Below are positions 1-12,508 of a stretch of 64,000 bases of DNA, one piece after another. This stretch comes from Azolla caroliniana (lineage: Eukaryota; Plantae; Polypodiophyta), in NCBI GenBank assembly GCA_043228905.1, contig JBHGNT010000007.1, positions 20,956,001 through 21,020,000 on the forward strand, written 5' to 3'. The notes beneath the pieces were generated by a model, which was not told the origin of the DNA, did not search any database, and worked only from the letters and a program-made list of their open reading frames with translations. Made by a program: the position numbers and the translations under genes. Every line of letters starts with the position of its first letter. The first letter of the stretch is position 1.

Positions 1-135
1 GAATATGATTCTATGACTCATACTAAATGCTAGAATACAAAGAGGTGACTTAATGGTGACTCTTGACCGTTGGAGTGTCTATTCACTCTCAAGGTGAGTT
101 CACACACTAGACCAAGTTGATCTTGATTCTCAACA
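1..135 (-). mobile_element. Partial Copia LTR (same family as 33911-39309), cut by the window edge
   Basis: Near-identical to the last 135 bp of the LTRs at 33911-34279 and 38941-39309, ending TTCTCAACA. Not followed by the PPT, so it is a 5' LTR or a solo LTR. Confidence 0.9.
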
Positions 136-816
136 ACACATATGTATATTATCACATATATACAATCAAATACGTATACACATGACCACATATGCATATA
201 TAAAAGAAATTGTAATATAAAATAGCCAGAAATGATGTAATGAAGATACATAATCGAGGCATATACCCTCTACGCACACGAAACATCTAAAAATAAGGGT
301 TAATCGTAATACACAATTGAGGTATTGACCTCATATGCATACGACACCAAACACAGATCATTTACATACAAATCAAGGTAATGACCTCATACGCAAACGT
401 AACATATGTTTATGAATGTAATACATAATTGAGGTATTAACCTCACACGCATACGACACTAATCACATATTAAATATATGTCAAATAAGGTATTGACCTC
501 GTGCAGATATGTAAACGTTTTATATAACCAATTAATTACCACTACAACATCATTGAATTAATGATTTTTTTTTAACATATGACCATATACATGATTAGAA
601 GGGTGAAGAAAAAATAGAAAAAAAAACAAGAAAGATTACCGAAGTTCCTTTGTTGATCGCTGTCTGGATCAAGGCCGACCACACATCGATCGATTACCAT
701 CAATTAAGAAGACAAAAGACAACAAAAGAAATATTAGAACATGAGCTCATAAACCAACTGTTAGAGATATGATCTAAAGTATGCATATGATAAGGATAAA
801 AGATAGATAGACAGAA

Positions 817-861
<45 letters not shown>

Positions 862-1236
862 GTGCCGATTCACCAGACCACCCTCGAGCAAAGGGATCAA
901 GACAAACTCGAGCCTTGATCGACATCCCATACCACCGCCGTGGCGTCGAGTTGTACCTGGTGTTGGCGCACTCGCTACAAGAGTTGACCCACCACGAAAC
1001 AGAGTCTCGACGTAGTTAAGATATGATGAAATGAGGGTAGCTAGGCCTCTTATTTATAGCGATACCCAAGGCCCCCAAGCAAGTTCACACTTGGCCTATT
1101 GGGTTGTCTCAATCCCGAGGATTAAAAGTAATCCTCCCCTTCTTTACACTCTCGTTTAACCCTCACACTTATCCACGTGTATAGAATACTTCGGTAAATT
1201 CTCACCACGGGATATTATATGGTCATGCCCGTAACA
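136..1236 (-). mobile_element. Probable LTR of another retrotransposon, with degenerate ~55-60 bp repeats at ~255-505
   Basis: Ends ...CCCGTAACA (TGTTACGGG on the minus strand). Minus-strand TATA (CTATAAATA ~1031-1039), a GA microsatellite and repeated GAGGTATTGACCTC motifs. Confidence 0.4.
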
Positions 1237-1534
1237 AAACCACTACTTGCCAAAGCTACTCAAGCACTACTTCCATAGGCCAAGTAGTCCCCAATTTTTG
1301 TCCAGGGGAAGTTCACATACCTTCCTCTATTCTTGTCATGGTGTCTCACATATACTTAGATTTCTCTTTTCCTTCATTACTTATCCCATCCTTCCTTTCA
1401 TTTGTGCCCATCTCAAAAGAAAGCATCACTCCTAATTACAAATATGGCCTAAGTCACTTTGCGAAGTACTTAAAGCCCACAATTCCACACATATTGTGTC
1501 ATAATTTTAAAAGCAAAAATCCGAGAACACAATG

Positions 1535-1736
1535 ATGATCTGGCAATAACCATCCATTTTGCGGCAATGGAACAATGCAGATTTTGTCATGATTAGTGTG
1601 TGAGAAATGGTTGCAGACACCCTTCGATGGCGATTGGTTAGAGAGCCATTTCACACACACTCACGCACGCGCGAATGGGGACAGAAATTGCATGGTTGCA
1701 TTGTCAAACAATGGATGGTTGTTTCCGGAAGATCAT
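1535..1736. repeat. Fold-back (MITE-like) element, copy 1
   Basis: ATGATCTGGCAATAACCATCCATT pairs with AATGGATGGTTGTTTCCGGAAGATCAT; inner arms GTGTGTGAGAAATGG / CCATTTCACACACAC also pair. Confidence 0.7.
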
Positions 1737-1872
1737 GAATAGAACATATCATCCACTATTGATGATAACCTTACATCCTATAAGATGTTGCATGCAGCTA
1801 GAATAGAAAGACTTAGCTAGCAAATTGAGAAAGTTACACAAATTTTATTGGATTTTCTTCTTTATTGTGCAG

Positions 1873-2110
1873 GTAAGGAGACTTTGAACGTGCAAATCCG
1901 ATGCTCCGATGATGTTGATGTCAACTTCTCCGACACTAAACGAAATGACAACCCCACCAATGATGAGGATGATGACTCTCCAAGTCAACGAACAGAGACG
2001 ACTGATGATGAGGAAGGTGAGGATGATGAGGATTGTGAGGATGATGAGGAGAATCATCAAGAGCTGGGGAATGTCGAGATTACCACTACGACTATCGAAA
2101 ACTTGCAAAT
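1873..2110 (+). pseudogene. Truncated duplicate of the 5' end of the 2988-4337 gene
   Basis: Block ~1550-1995 is similar to ~2680-3080. Peptide VQIRCSDDVDVNFSDT matches MQIRRYNGDDVNFSDT; no membrane part follows. Confidence 0.6.
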
Positions 2111-2675
2111 GAAAGAAATAGGTATTAATACAATTGTTAAAATTAATGTGGCACGAGAATTTGTGGCCGCATTGTGTCATATAGGAAGATCAAGGAGGAG
2201 GACAATGGAGGGTCATCATGATACTAGATGGTATGGTATTCATGATGGAATGAGGGGTGGTGAGTGGAGTATAGGTGGTTCAATGCATTGCAAAATAAAA
2301 CAACAACACTCCATTACAAGCAAGGAAAATAGTATAGATGGATGAAGGAGTCAAACTAAATGAAAAGCTCTAAAAATTACGACGTAGGAAATTGAAAGGG
2401 ATATAGCGGTAAGAATATGACGAAGTAAAGGGTAATCATATGCAAGAAGATATAGAGAAAAGAAGAATGAGATAATTGTCGACAAAGCAAACAATGCAAT
2501 ATAGAGAGTTGATGAAGAAAATAATTCTTTGTGATATAAAAATCCTAGAGAAAATTTAAGAAAACTAGAATATGGAACAAAGATTCCAAGGGAACAACCA
2601 TGGAGAGATTATAACACCAATTGACCTAGGAACTATTACAAAACTGAGATTTCTTCTTTAGTGATAAACTGAATT

Positions 2676-2750
2676 ATAACATCCATTTTGCGATAATGGA
2701 ACGATGCAGATTTTGTCATGATTAATGTGTGAGAAATTGGTTAGAGAGTT

Positions 2751-2788
<38 letters not shown>

Positions 2789-2852
2789 TGGGGATGAAAA
2801 TTGCATGCCAGTTTCATTGTCGGACAATGGATGGTTGTTGCCAGAAGATCAT
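2676..2852. repeat. Fold-back (MITE-like) element, copy 2
   Basis: Homologous to 1535-1736 with an expanded CA microsatellite; left arm clipped. Confidence 0.65.
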
Positions 2853-2987
2853 GAATAGTCTACTATTGATGATAACCATGCATCCTATAATATGCTGCAC
2901 ATAGCTAGAGTAGAAATATTTAGCTAACAAATTGAGAGAAAGTTAGAGGAGTTTCTTCTTTATTGTGCAGGTAAGGAGAATGCGAAC

Positions 2988-4337
2988 ATGCAAATCCGAC
3001 GCTACAATGGCGATGATGTCAACTTCTCCGACACGACTCAAAATGTCAATCGCACCATATCTCCAAGCCAACGAATAGGGACGAGCCATGACATCGTAGA
3101 TATTGCAGTTGTTGTAGCACAAGATGGACAAGTGGAGAATGAAGAGGTTGGGGGGGGCGGTGTTGAAGGTGTCACCGAAGAAGAAAAGAGCTTCATCTCG
3201 TTCGCCTTGGATGGGAATAAGGATTCTTTCGTGAGTGCGATGATGGTCGTAGCGGTGTTTGGGGTTCGTAAGTTTGCATTAAGCCATGAGATACAACAGG
3301 ATGGTGATGAGTGGCGAGACAATGTGTGCACAATGTGTGCTCTAGTGCTCTTCATAGCGGCCATAACCATTTGTAGCTACTTCCACTATCGTAGAGTTGC
3401 TCCTAATGTGGAGGAGATGGTGGTGCGTGCTCGAAAACTCGTGGAGAGACCCTCTGTTTACTACGAGACCTTCATCTATATCACACTCCTCACCATCCAG
3501 TATGTTGGCCATGGCCGCACCCATGCTCTGCAGATCTTTCCCATCATGCCTCCTGCAGGTTCCATGTTCATTCTCGCTCTGAATGTGATCGCCATTCGAA
3601 GTTTGGGAGCTGCTGCCTCTGAGACCATGGCTTCTACAGAAGAAGAAGAAGAAGAAGAAGAAGAAGAAGAAGAAAAACAACAACATCAAGAAGAAGAAGA
3701 AGTGGCGCAGAACCGATTATCAGAAGTTAACATGAAACTAAGAAATGTTGCTCTTTTTCAGCTAAACATATGTGTGGTTACTCGCAGTATGAATCTCATG
3801 GCTGCCATTTGTGGCTCCAATTCCTTGCCATTTACTCCCGGCCTACTGCTATGGATAGACTTTACCTTGCTGCCCGCCTCGGCCATAGCCATTTATCTTG
3901 GTGCCGAACTAGATCGTGCTGATCCAACAATTTCCCGTCAAATGTGGTTGTCTATCGGCATGCGAGCCGGTATTCAAGCCATAGCCTTGGCTGTCATGCT
4001 CTTCGCATACGAAACACCCATCTTCAGCACCTTTATATGCTTGCAGCTCTTCAGTTTGGTCAATCGAAGCATGTCTCGGAGCTTCACGGGGATAGTGGCT
4101 GTCTCGATCGGAATTCATTTACTGATGTTTAAATACTTCATGAAACTTTTGACCACCCCTGCCGTGGAGGAGCCCTCAGATTGGCAGCATTTGGCGATTT
4201 CTCTAGGGGTTGGCTGCCTCGGGATGTTGGTAAATTTTGTTCCGCTGCCCAAATGTGTGGCGAGGACACAGCCGCTCGATGAAGAATTAGGAGCCCGAGA
4301 TCAAGCCGACCCATTAGAACTAGAGCTCAATTTGTAA
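2988..4337 (+). CDS. Membrane protein derived from a P2B-type Ca2+-ATPase (ACA); transmembrane helices only
   Basis: Intact 449-aa ORF. KSFISFALDGNKD...WRD resembles ACA M1-M2; FQLNICV...PFTPGLLLWID resembles FQLTVNV...PLTAVQLLWVN (M5-M6); ISRQMW, TPIFSTFICLQLF and DWQHLAISLGVG resemble M7-M10. No DKTGT, TGES or GDGxND motif. Confidence 0.75.
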   Translation: MQIRRYNGDDVNFSDTTQNVNRTISPSQRIGTSHDIVDIAVVVAQDGQVENEEVGGGGVEGVTEEEKSFISFALDGNKDSFVSAMMVVAVFGVRKFALSHEIQQDGDEWRDNVCTMCALVLFIAAITICSYFHYRRVAPNVEEMVVRARKLVERPSVYYETFIYITLLTIQYVGHGRTHALQIFPIMPPAGSMFILALNVIAIRSLGAAASETMASTEEEEEEEEEEEEKQQHQEEEEVAQNRLSEVNMKLRNVALFQLNICVVTRSMNLMAAICGSNSLPFTPGLLLWIDFTLLPASAIAIYLGAELDRADPTISRQMWLSIGMRAGIQAIALAVMLFAYETPIFSTFICLQLFSLVNRSMSRSFTGIVAVSIGIHLLMFKYFMKLLTTPAVEEPSDWQHLAISLGVGCLGMLVNFVPLPKCVARTQPLDEELGARDQADPLELELNL

Positions 4338-4815
4338 ATGTCGGCTGAGCTCCTTGCATCAAGAATCTCTCTCTCTCTCTCTCTCTCTCAATCGATCGAG
4401 GAACTTATTTTTTTTGTGCTCATGCCATTTATCGCATTGGTATGTTGCATTATAATTTATTGACTCCATTTTCTATCCATAGTGATTCTTGTGGTTCCAT
4501 AACAAATGTTCAGAAATTGCTTCTTCACAACAAAATGACATATTGGCACAATATATACTTGTGTAAGAAACTTCACTTACCTTGAAAGGCATTGTTATAA
4601 ATACACTATTATGCCTAGCCATGGACCCTACTTTTGGCTCAAACCGGACCAAATTATTCACCTATGGTTGAACAAAATAATTAGATTGTTTGTTTTGATT
4701 TTGAATTTTCACTAAAAATAAATAGTTTCGTTTGGTTCTCAAAATAAAGGTTATGAGTTTTTTATTTAATTGTTTTTTCTTTCCTTAATGTTTCAATTTT
4801 TTAATCAATTTAATG

Positions 4816-5130
4816 GTTTTTTTTTCTTTGGCCCTTCACTATCACCATTTGCATCGTGGCCACTATCTTCGTCGTCGTCACTTACGGGCACAAACTGCCC
4901 TTCACTGTCACCATTTGCATCGTGGCCACTATCTTCGTCGTCGTCACTTACAGGCACAAACTGCCCTTCACTGTCACCATTTGCATCGTTGCCACTATCT
5001 TCGTCGTCGTCACTTAAGGGCACAAACCGCCCTTTTTAGGTACCACATGTATGTTTGTGTGGGGAAACTCGAACCTCCAACCTAGCGGTTGGAGTGTCCC
5101 CCCATTACCATTACACCAACACATCACGGG
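4816..5130 (-). mobile_element. tRNA-derived SINE with three 66-bp tandem repeats
   Basis: 14-bp TSD TAATCAATTTAATG (4802-4815, 5131-5144). Minus strand has an A box TGGTGTAATGG, a B box GGTTCGAGTTT and an A-rich tail at ~4817-4829. Confidence 0.85.
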
Positions 5131-5440
5131 TAATCAATTTAATGCTTTAGTTAATGGTTTTTGTGCTTAATTATATTTCATTAATTTAAATCGAATTTTT
5201 AAATTTCGTGGGTTTTTGTGTCTGGACCTTAGTTTACCTTAAGTTTGCAATTTATATTTTTGATTAATTTACAATATGCAAGCATTTCAATGAGATAGAA
5301 TATCAATGAACTTGACATATACATATACTCGTAAGCAAAATGCCACTATGCTCTGCGATCAATTCCTCTATGATCACGACTTTTTCTATGGTGATCAATG
5401 CATAGATGAACTACGTAGAGCTTCAATTTCGCTCAATTTG

Positions 5441-5735
5441 AAATAAGATCTTAATGGTGTCGATTGCGAGTACATGGCATGTGGAGAGACAAAATGGTTG
5501 CAGTCTCAATCGATTTAAAATAAGATCTTAATGGTGTCGATTGCGAGTCCATGACATGTGGAGGGACAAAATTGTTGGAGTTTCACTCCATTTGAAATAA
5601 GATCTTAATGGTGTCGATTGCGAGTCCATGACATGTGGAGAGACAAAATTGTTGGAGTCTTGGTCCAATTTTAAATAAGATCATAGTGATGTCATTTGTG
5701 AGTTCACAAGATACATTTGTGGAGAAACAAAATGA
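5441..5735. repeat. Tandem repeat, ~77-bp unit x4
   Basis: AAATAAGATC... starts at 5441, 5518, 5595 and 5673; core GGTGTCGATTGCGAGTCCATGACATGTGGAG. Confidence 0.85.
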
Positions 5736-7224
5736 TCGGTATTGTGGACTAGGAAAGCCGTTAGAGTTCCGAACGTGATACACTTCGGAAGGTCATGTAA
5801 ATTGAAAATAATCATTTGCTTAGATTTCAGAATTTAAATAACAAAACCCAAAATAATGAAATTAATCAATTAAAATCACAAACCTCTATGACAATAGTTG
5901 ATTACACAAGTATTCATTGAGGCCTCTATGTATGTGTGGATGTATATATGTAGTTATGTTCGATTGAGTACATGTGAGCTAATTGAAACAATTAAGAGGA
6001 GGAGAATGAAAGAAACATACCTGAGGTGTGGCAAATTTTAAGGGCAATATCATGCTCAGGCGCGGCTCCTTGAGGATAGATGTATGTGTGTTAGGGAAGA
6101 AAATTTTAAATACCCCAAGCATATGTATCTATGTGTCATTATGCAGGTGTGTGTATGTAGCAATTACTAATTGTGAGTATTATGATTAGTTCTCATAATA
6201 TAGAGAAATAAAGAGGATTCTATGGTGATAGGTTTATGGGCAGATGCATAGAACTAGTCGATGTGCTGAAAGAATGGCGATGATGCCCTAAGTTCTCCTA
6301 ATATAGAGAAAGGAAGAAAGAAAGATATATTGCCGTCTTTTGAGACCAAAATTGGCTCATGAGTCAATTGGTTTACAACAAGAAGATTCTATGATGCAGA
6401 TATGTATATGGACTAGTGGATGCGTTGAAAGAAAGCCGGTCGTGGAGATTTTTCTATACCACTATGATCTTATTTTCAAGGGAACTAAGAGTCTCTCGAG
6501 TAATTCATCCACACATGTACTATTGACAAACGCATTATTTTCGTACTACGAATAATAAAGAGGGAAAATGTGTGAATGCATTATTGTATCCTTTGATACA
6601 AGATAGAACCCTTCTACCATAAAAGGTACGTCCACTAATTAAGCATCTTTAATTATTTCTCAAAACTTATATAAAAAACATAAGACCTAAAAAGGTCAAA
6701 TACGTCCCAATCGACTACTGCATGCTTGATATTGACATATTCCCAATGGACATATTCCCATTCGTCGGGATACGAATGCGAATGCATTGTAATAAACATT
6801 CGTTTTTTCTTTTTTCTTTTCTTAACTCGTACCAAAAACAGAAAAACAAAATCCAATACAAAATGGTTCTGTCAGGAATCCCTTCCCATCCATCTCTCTC
6901 TCTCTCTTTATCATGATAATTTATTCATGTTCCTTTACTCTGATGCGAATTTGGGTGTATGCTCTCTTAGATTAGACGCTGATTAAATCCGCATCTCCTT
7001 AATTCTGCGCTAAATAGCTACATGTTTCCTAGATTAGCGTTCTACGCTTCCTTAATCAGTTATATACATATTTGGTCCATCCGATGCTAAAGCCATCTAT
7101 ATATATATATATTTCAGTGACTGGATGCTAATTACCTATCTATTTTCTTAAACAGATCATGGTTTGATGAGCCCTATATTTGTTCAAACAGCTACACAAT
7201 TCCCCACTTAGAACATAAATATCC

Positions 7225-7345
7225 ACATATTTCCTTAATTAGATGCGAAATACACCCCACAAATTCCTTAATTGGATGCTAAATACCCACACATTTCCTT
7301 AATTAGATGCCAAAACACCGGCATATTTCTTACTTAAGACACTAA
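7225..7345. repeat. Short degenerate tandem repeat (~33-bp unit)
   Basis: ATTTCCTTAATT(A/G)GATGC recurs three to four times, with looser copies from ~6990. Confidence 0.55.
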
Positions 7346-8299
7346 TTGGTGACACATCTCCATTTTTCTGAATTGCAATTCCATTATCTCTTAATTTCAT
7401 TGCGTACAGTCATGGGGCATATCTAGCTAACCGACAATTCACTTATCTATGCTGAGCCAAGCAATGAGAATAAAGTTCTACTCACTTAAAAACTTTTCCA
7501 TACATTTTCTTGGTTATAAAGTATAATTGATTTATGCATATGTTCAACAAACAAAAGACAATCATTGATTTGTCCATAGTACATAAAATTTGTGTTCGTG
7601 TAGCATAACATTAGTTTTCCTACCGTGGAAAACAAATGAGAATTTTTGTTTTTTTTTTTGTTTTTTCCCATTTTTTTAATGTTTTTTTTTTCCATGTTTT
7701 AGGCTTATTTACCTCATAATAATAAATAGTTAATCCAAAAGTATGGTATTTATCATTCTTTGAGGGTGTTTTTCTTACGTGAATGATTGATTGAAACATT
7801 CGCGAATACGAATGCACGTATGGTGCGTATGGTTCATACTATCGAACTTTTGTCTAGTTAACGTACGCCCAAGAGGTTTGAAAATTGAGGCTACTTTTGT
7901 CAAGTTAACTTATTCGTAACGAATGCTTTTTCTCCAACTTTTTTATGAGTTTGTCATTTTTGTGGCTAACCCATATGTTATATTGGAAAGGTCTTTGTTC
8001 CAAAACTATTTGTAGATGTATCACGCACTTTCGGCCATAGGCTTTTGAAGCAATATTAAAGTAGTCTCTTCATGAACTTTATATACATAAAGTAATTCTT
8101 TAAGATCTAGTTGCAAGTAGTCTTGACTCTTGTGTTTGTCTGTTGTGCCTCTTTTATTTGATGACAATTTGAACTACTATAATGAAAAGATTCAAACGAC
8201 CATAGGTGGCAATCAATGTGCCCGACAATAAATATGGAAATGTACAATGACTATTACAAACAGTAGGAAAGAGCGTCTTAAGTCTTATGTACATTAAGT

Positions 8300-11200
8300 G
8301 TCATGTATAATGCCAAATTGCAAAATCTGTGCATGATATGTATGTTTCATCAAACGTGTAATGAACAATATGTTATTCAATTCCAGAAAAGCACATCCAA
8401 TGACACTAAATGGTGGGCTTTAGCAGGGGCTAGGAGACAAATGCCACATACTTGTCCGGATATGGGCCGACGTATGGTTGTGAACATGAATGATGAGGCT
8501 CTTTGGTTATATGAGCTCCTTTAAGAGTACTAAGTGAAATCACATACAAATTGGAAGGCCTACTCATATCATAGAACATCAAGGGTTTTAATTGCAGAAT
8601 CTAGAATGGTTGTGGATTATAACATGGAACGTGCAAGGGCTCAGAAGTAGACTAGACCAGCAAAACAGATGGAAACTGAGAAGGGATCTTGAAGAATATT
8701 TACTATGGAGTGGTGCTGACATCATCATGTTGTAGGAACACCACCTCGATAGCACGCAGTTAAAGGAAGTAGGAGACCTTCTACCAGGATCATGGCGAAT
8801 GATTTGGGAGCTAGCAATTGGGGAGGATGGAAATCATGGTGGTATTTTCCCTTTGATTTGGGAACATCTAGCCCAAGGCTTAATACACCAGGAATCACTT
8901 ATACTTGGTAGGGCACATTTTTGCACGTTGGCCATCCAAGGGCAACGATGGAACTTCATGAATGTTTATGCTCCAAATAGCAGAACAGAAAGGGCAACAT
9001 TCTGGGACCGCATCCACCTACAAGTAGCGGGTGCGGAAGAGTGGTGCATTGGAGGAGATTTTAATAACAACAACCCCATCGTTCTACAAGGAAGGGAACG
9101 TAAACAATGGGAGAAGCTATGTGTCCACCTTAACTTGCAAGACATCTAACATTCTGACAACTTCCAACAAAAAAGGGATTCTCTCCTATTCTCTCGATCA
9201 AACGGGTGGAATAGTGGACCCACTCTATCTCGCATTGACCGCATTTATGTGGGGGAGGCTCTAGAAACGAAGGGAGGGTGGTGTCGCATAACGCCAGACA
9301 CGCCTTTCTCTGACCATTACCCGATAGTTGGTCATTTTCAATTGCACCGAAAATGGGGACCATTCCAGACACGCATCCCATACACTATTTACACACTTAT
9401 AGACATGAAGGACCAACTATCCAACAAATGGTCATTACCCGTCAATGACTCATCAACATCTAACAAACTTCTAGCTAAATTAACAAGAGCTTCTATTCTC
9501 CTACATGAGATTGTCAAGACCAGAAGCAAGGATGCTCAGGAGAAGCAACATAGGACAAAATGGGGACTAATAGCCTTACAACGACTCCAACAGAGATACC
9601 CGTCCTATATTTGGATCACATGACAAGTCGTCATGACCAGACATGAACTTAGCATGGCGGAAAATGAAATATATGACATGGAGTTTCATGGAAGCATGGC
9701 GCGATGGATTTGAGTAGGGGACAAAACCACGAAGGAATTATTCCGATCCAAAGGCCCGAGGCACGCTTGAACCGAGAGGATGGAACGACCACTGAGGATG
9801 GAACGACCACTAAGGATGGCGACGAAATGAGGAATATTGCCACAAGTTATTATCTCTGCCTACTTACCGAAGACATTATAGCTACAGGGGAAGACATAAG
9901 CGAAGGTATTATCCTCTAAAGCATACCCGAGAAAGTCACACCGGAAATGAATACATGGCGCGTGCCCTCACTGATTTAGATGCCGATAGTTGCCCCGGAA
10001 TCGACGGCCTGACCCCGCACTTTTTCACATGTCTTTGGGAGACTATTAAAGAAGACCTACTCCAGTCATATGAGGAGATCATCACCTCTGAAAGCATGCC
10101 AAAGGAATTTGGACAAGGGATGATACATCTCATTCCTAAAAGTGGTGGGAATGCTAATGACATTAGCAAGTGGCGCCCCATAACTCTTCTCAATACTGTC
10201 TATATGTGGCTCACAAAAATTGTGCCACGTCGTTTAACACCACTTCTCCCTCAACTCATTCATCTGTCCCAGATAGGTTTCGTTACAAATTGGAGCATCC
10301 TAGACAACCACTTCTCATTCTGGGAAGTAGTAGCCCTTGCCAAGCGAACCAACAACAAGGTCGCGGTAGTGCTACTAGATTTTGAGAAAGCATATGACAG
10401 GGTATGCTGGAACTTTCTAGAAAGTGTGATGGGGAAACTCAGATTTCAAGAGACATGGATCAAAGGCATTGCAGGACTTTATAGGAATGACAACAGTTGC
10501 GTTTCACTGGCAGGTTAAAGGGGCCCCTTTTTCCGAATATCCTGATCTGTACGGCAAGGATGCCCACTACCTCCATTGTTATTTCTATTATATGCCGAAG
10601 CACCCTCTTGCTTTCTCAACTCATGACATCTCAACCTACGTGGTCTTCCCGTACCTCATTCTCACCAAAGCATCCTGGATATAGAATTTGCAGATGACAT
10701 AGCAGTCTACCTGCAAGGGGACTTGGAAACCCTCCAAAAGCTAGAAAGTGGGCTAGCTGTATTTTGCAAGAGATCCAACGCCATGATCAATTGGCACAAA
10801 TCTTGCGCAATATGGCTCTCTCAGGAAACACATCCGGCGAGGCACCCACATCCCGCTTTCAAATGGATCAATCAAGGAGCGAGCACCAAATATTTGGGTT
10901 TCCAAATTGGTTTCAACATACCGCCGAAGACTATGATTGCACCTGTTATCCATTCCATTCGACAAAAGTTGATACATTGGAGCTCAAGAAAAACTGTCGC
11001 TAGCGGGTCTCATCATAGTGGCAAATCAAGTACTACTCGCAATAGCATGGTAGAGCCTATCATGTTGGACAATCTCCAAGGAAAGTATACATTAGATTCA
11101 ACGATTGGTCTGCAACTACATTTGGTCTGGTAAGGAAGACCATGTAGCTCGCACCAAGGTGGCGTGGCCTATACTCATAACACCTAAGTCGAGAGGGGAT

Positions 11201-12508
11201 TGGGTCTTATCGATCCCCTTTCACAATCGAAAGCCTTACTTGCCAAATTTGTGGCGCGAGGACTCCAACCAGGAAATGACTATAGGAAGATGCTACCGAG
11301 GTTACATTTCGCTTACTTTAGGCCACGAAAAGGGGTCAATTGGGGCCCCCAAACGGGATGGATTCTAAACATGGATCTCAAACCTAGTTTCTCCCGCCAA
11401 TTGGAGGATAGATTCAGTGCATCCATGTGGAAGGCATGGTATGACATTCGTCGAGGGCTCGAGTGTGATCAACCGAGATCCGAACCTGCCTGGCTCAGTC
11501 TACGTACCCTATGGAACCCATGTATCAAGGATGAATCTAATCAACTACTGGGATTAGGGATCGGCAACGGTTCGGTTTAGGCTTAGCCGGTTTGGCTTGG
11601 ATCAGGCCAAACCGGCTAAGCCTAAACCGTTTACGGGATCTCAAACTTGAGCCGAACCGAGCCGAGCCGGTTCACAAACTAGTTTCGGTTTGTGAACTGG
11701 TTTGGTAAACGGCTTGTAAACCGGTTTCCAAACCGGCTTGGAAACTGGTTTAGAAACCTCCCTCCCTCTCTCTCTCTCTCTCCCTACCCCCCTCTCTCTC
11801 TCAGATGATCCATTATATACTATATACTATATACTATATACTATATACTATATACTATACATTGTACAAGCTCTCCCTCCCACTCTCTCTCACGTCTGTG
11901 ATCTCAACTCTCTCCCTCTCTGTGTGTGTAGTCTCTCTCTCTCTCTCTCTCTCTCCCCTCTGTGTAGTCTCTCTCTCTCTCTCTCTCTCCCCTCTATGTA
12001 GTCTCTCTCTCTCTCTCTCCCTATGTTGTCTCCCTCCCTCTCTCTCTCTCCTCGTCTCTGTACTCTCTCTCTCTGTCTCTCTCTCTCTCCTTACATGTTA
12101 TCTCCCTCCCTCTCTCTCTCTCTCCACGTCTATGTAGTACTCCCTCCCTCACTCTCTCTCTCCCATCGTCTGTTTAGTCTCCCTCACTCACTCACTCTCT
12201 CTCTCTCTTTCCCCTTGTTTGTTGTCTCTCTCCCCCTCTCTCTAAAGTTTATAAACGGCTTAAACGGTTTAGCCGGCTTGAGCCAGTTTGGCGAGGCTCA
12301 AGACAAGCCGAGCCGAGCTCAAACCGTTAAGGCAAGTTCAAGCCTAAACCGAGCCGAGCCGAGCCGCCAAGCCGTTTTCAAGCCGGCTAAGCCAAACGGT
12401 TTAGGCTTGAGCCGAGCCGTTGCCGATCCCTAACTGGGATCATGTAAGGGGTTGTCATGGGGATACATTGCAGAAGGTCCAGGAAAATGTATAGAATGTT
12501 GGCGACGG
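8300..12508 (+). mobile_element. Decayed L1-like LINE, 5' part (ORF1 remnant, APE endonuclease, RT)
   Basis: ITWNVQG, NVYAPN, GGDFN, SDHYP, CPGIDG, WRPITLLN, LDFEKAYDRV, FADD; many stops and frameshifts. Collinear with the intact LINE at 45761-52036. The 5' boundary is approximate. Confidence 0.9.
11555..12432. mobile_element. Non-autonomous hAT element (MITE)
   Basis: 16-bp TIRs TAGGGATCGGCAACGG / CCGTTGCCGATCCCTA; 8-bp TSD ACTGGGAT (11547-11554, 12433-12440); subterminal AACCG/AGCCG repeats; CT-rich core. Confidence 0.95.

Noticed and set aside
2988-4337. Functional Ca2+ pump
   Set aside because: No DKTGT phosphorylation site, nucleotide-binding domain or PEGL motif, and no room for them within the continuous ORF.
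5050-5130. Functional tRNA gene
   Set aside because: A and B boxes are present but I see no convincing cloverleaf; TSD and tail identify it as a SINE head.
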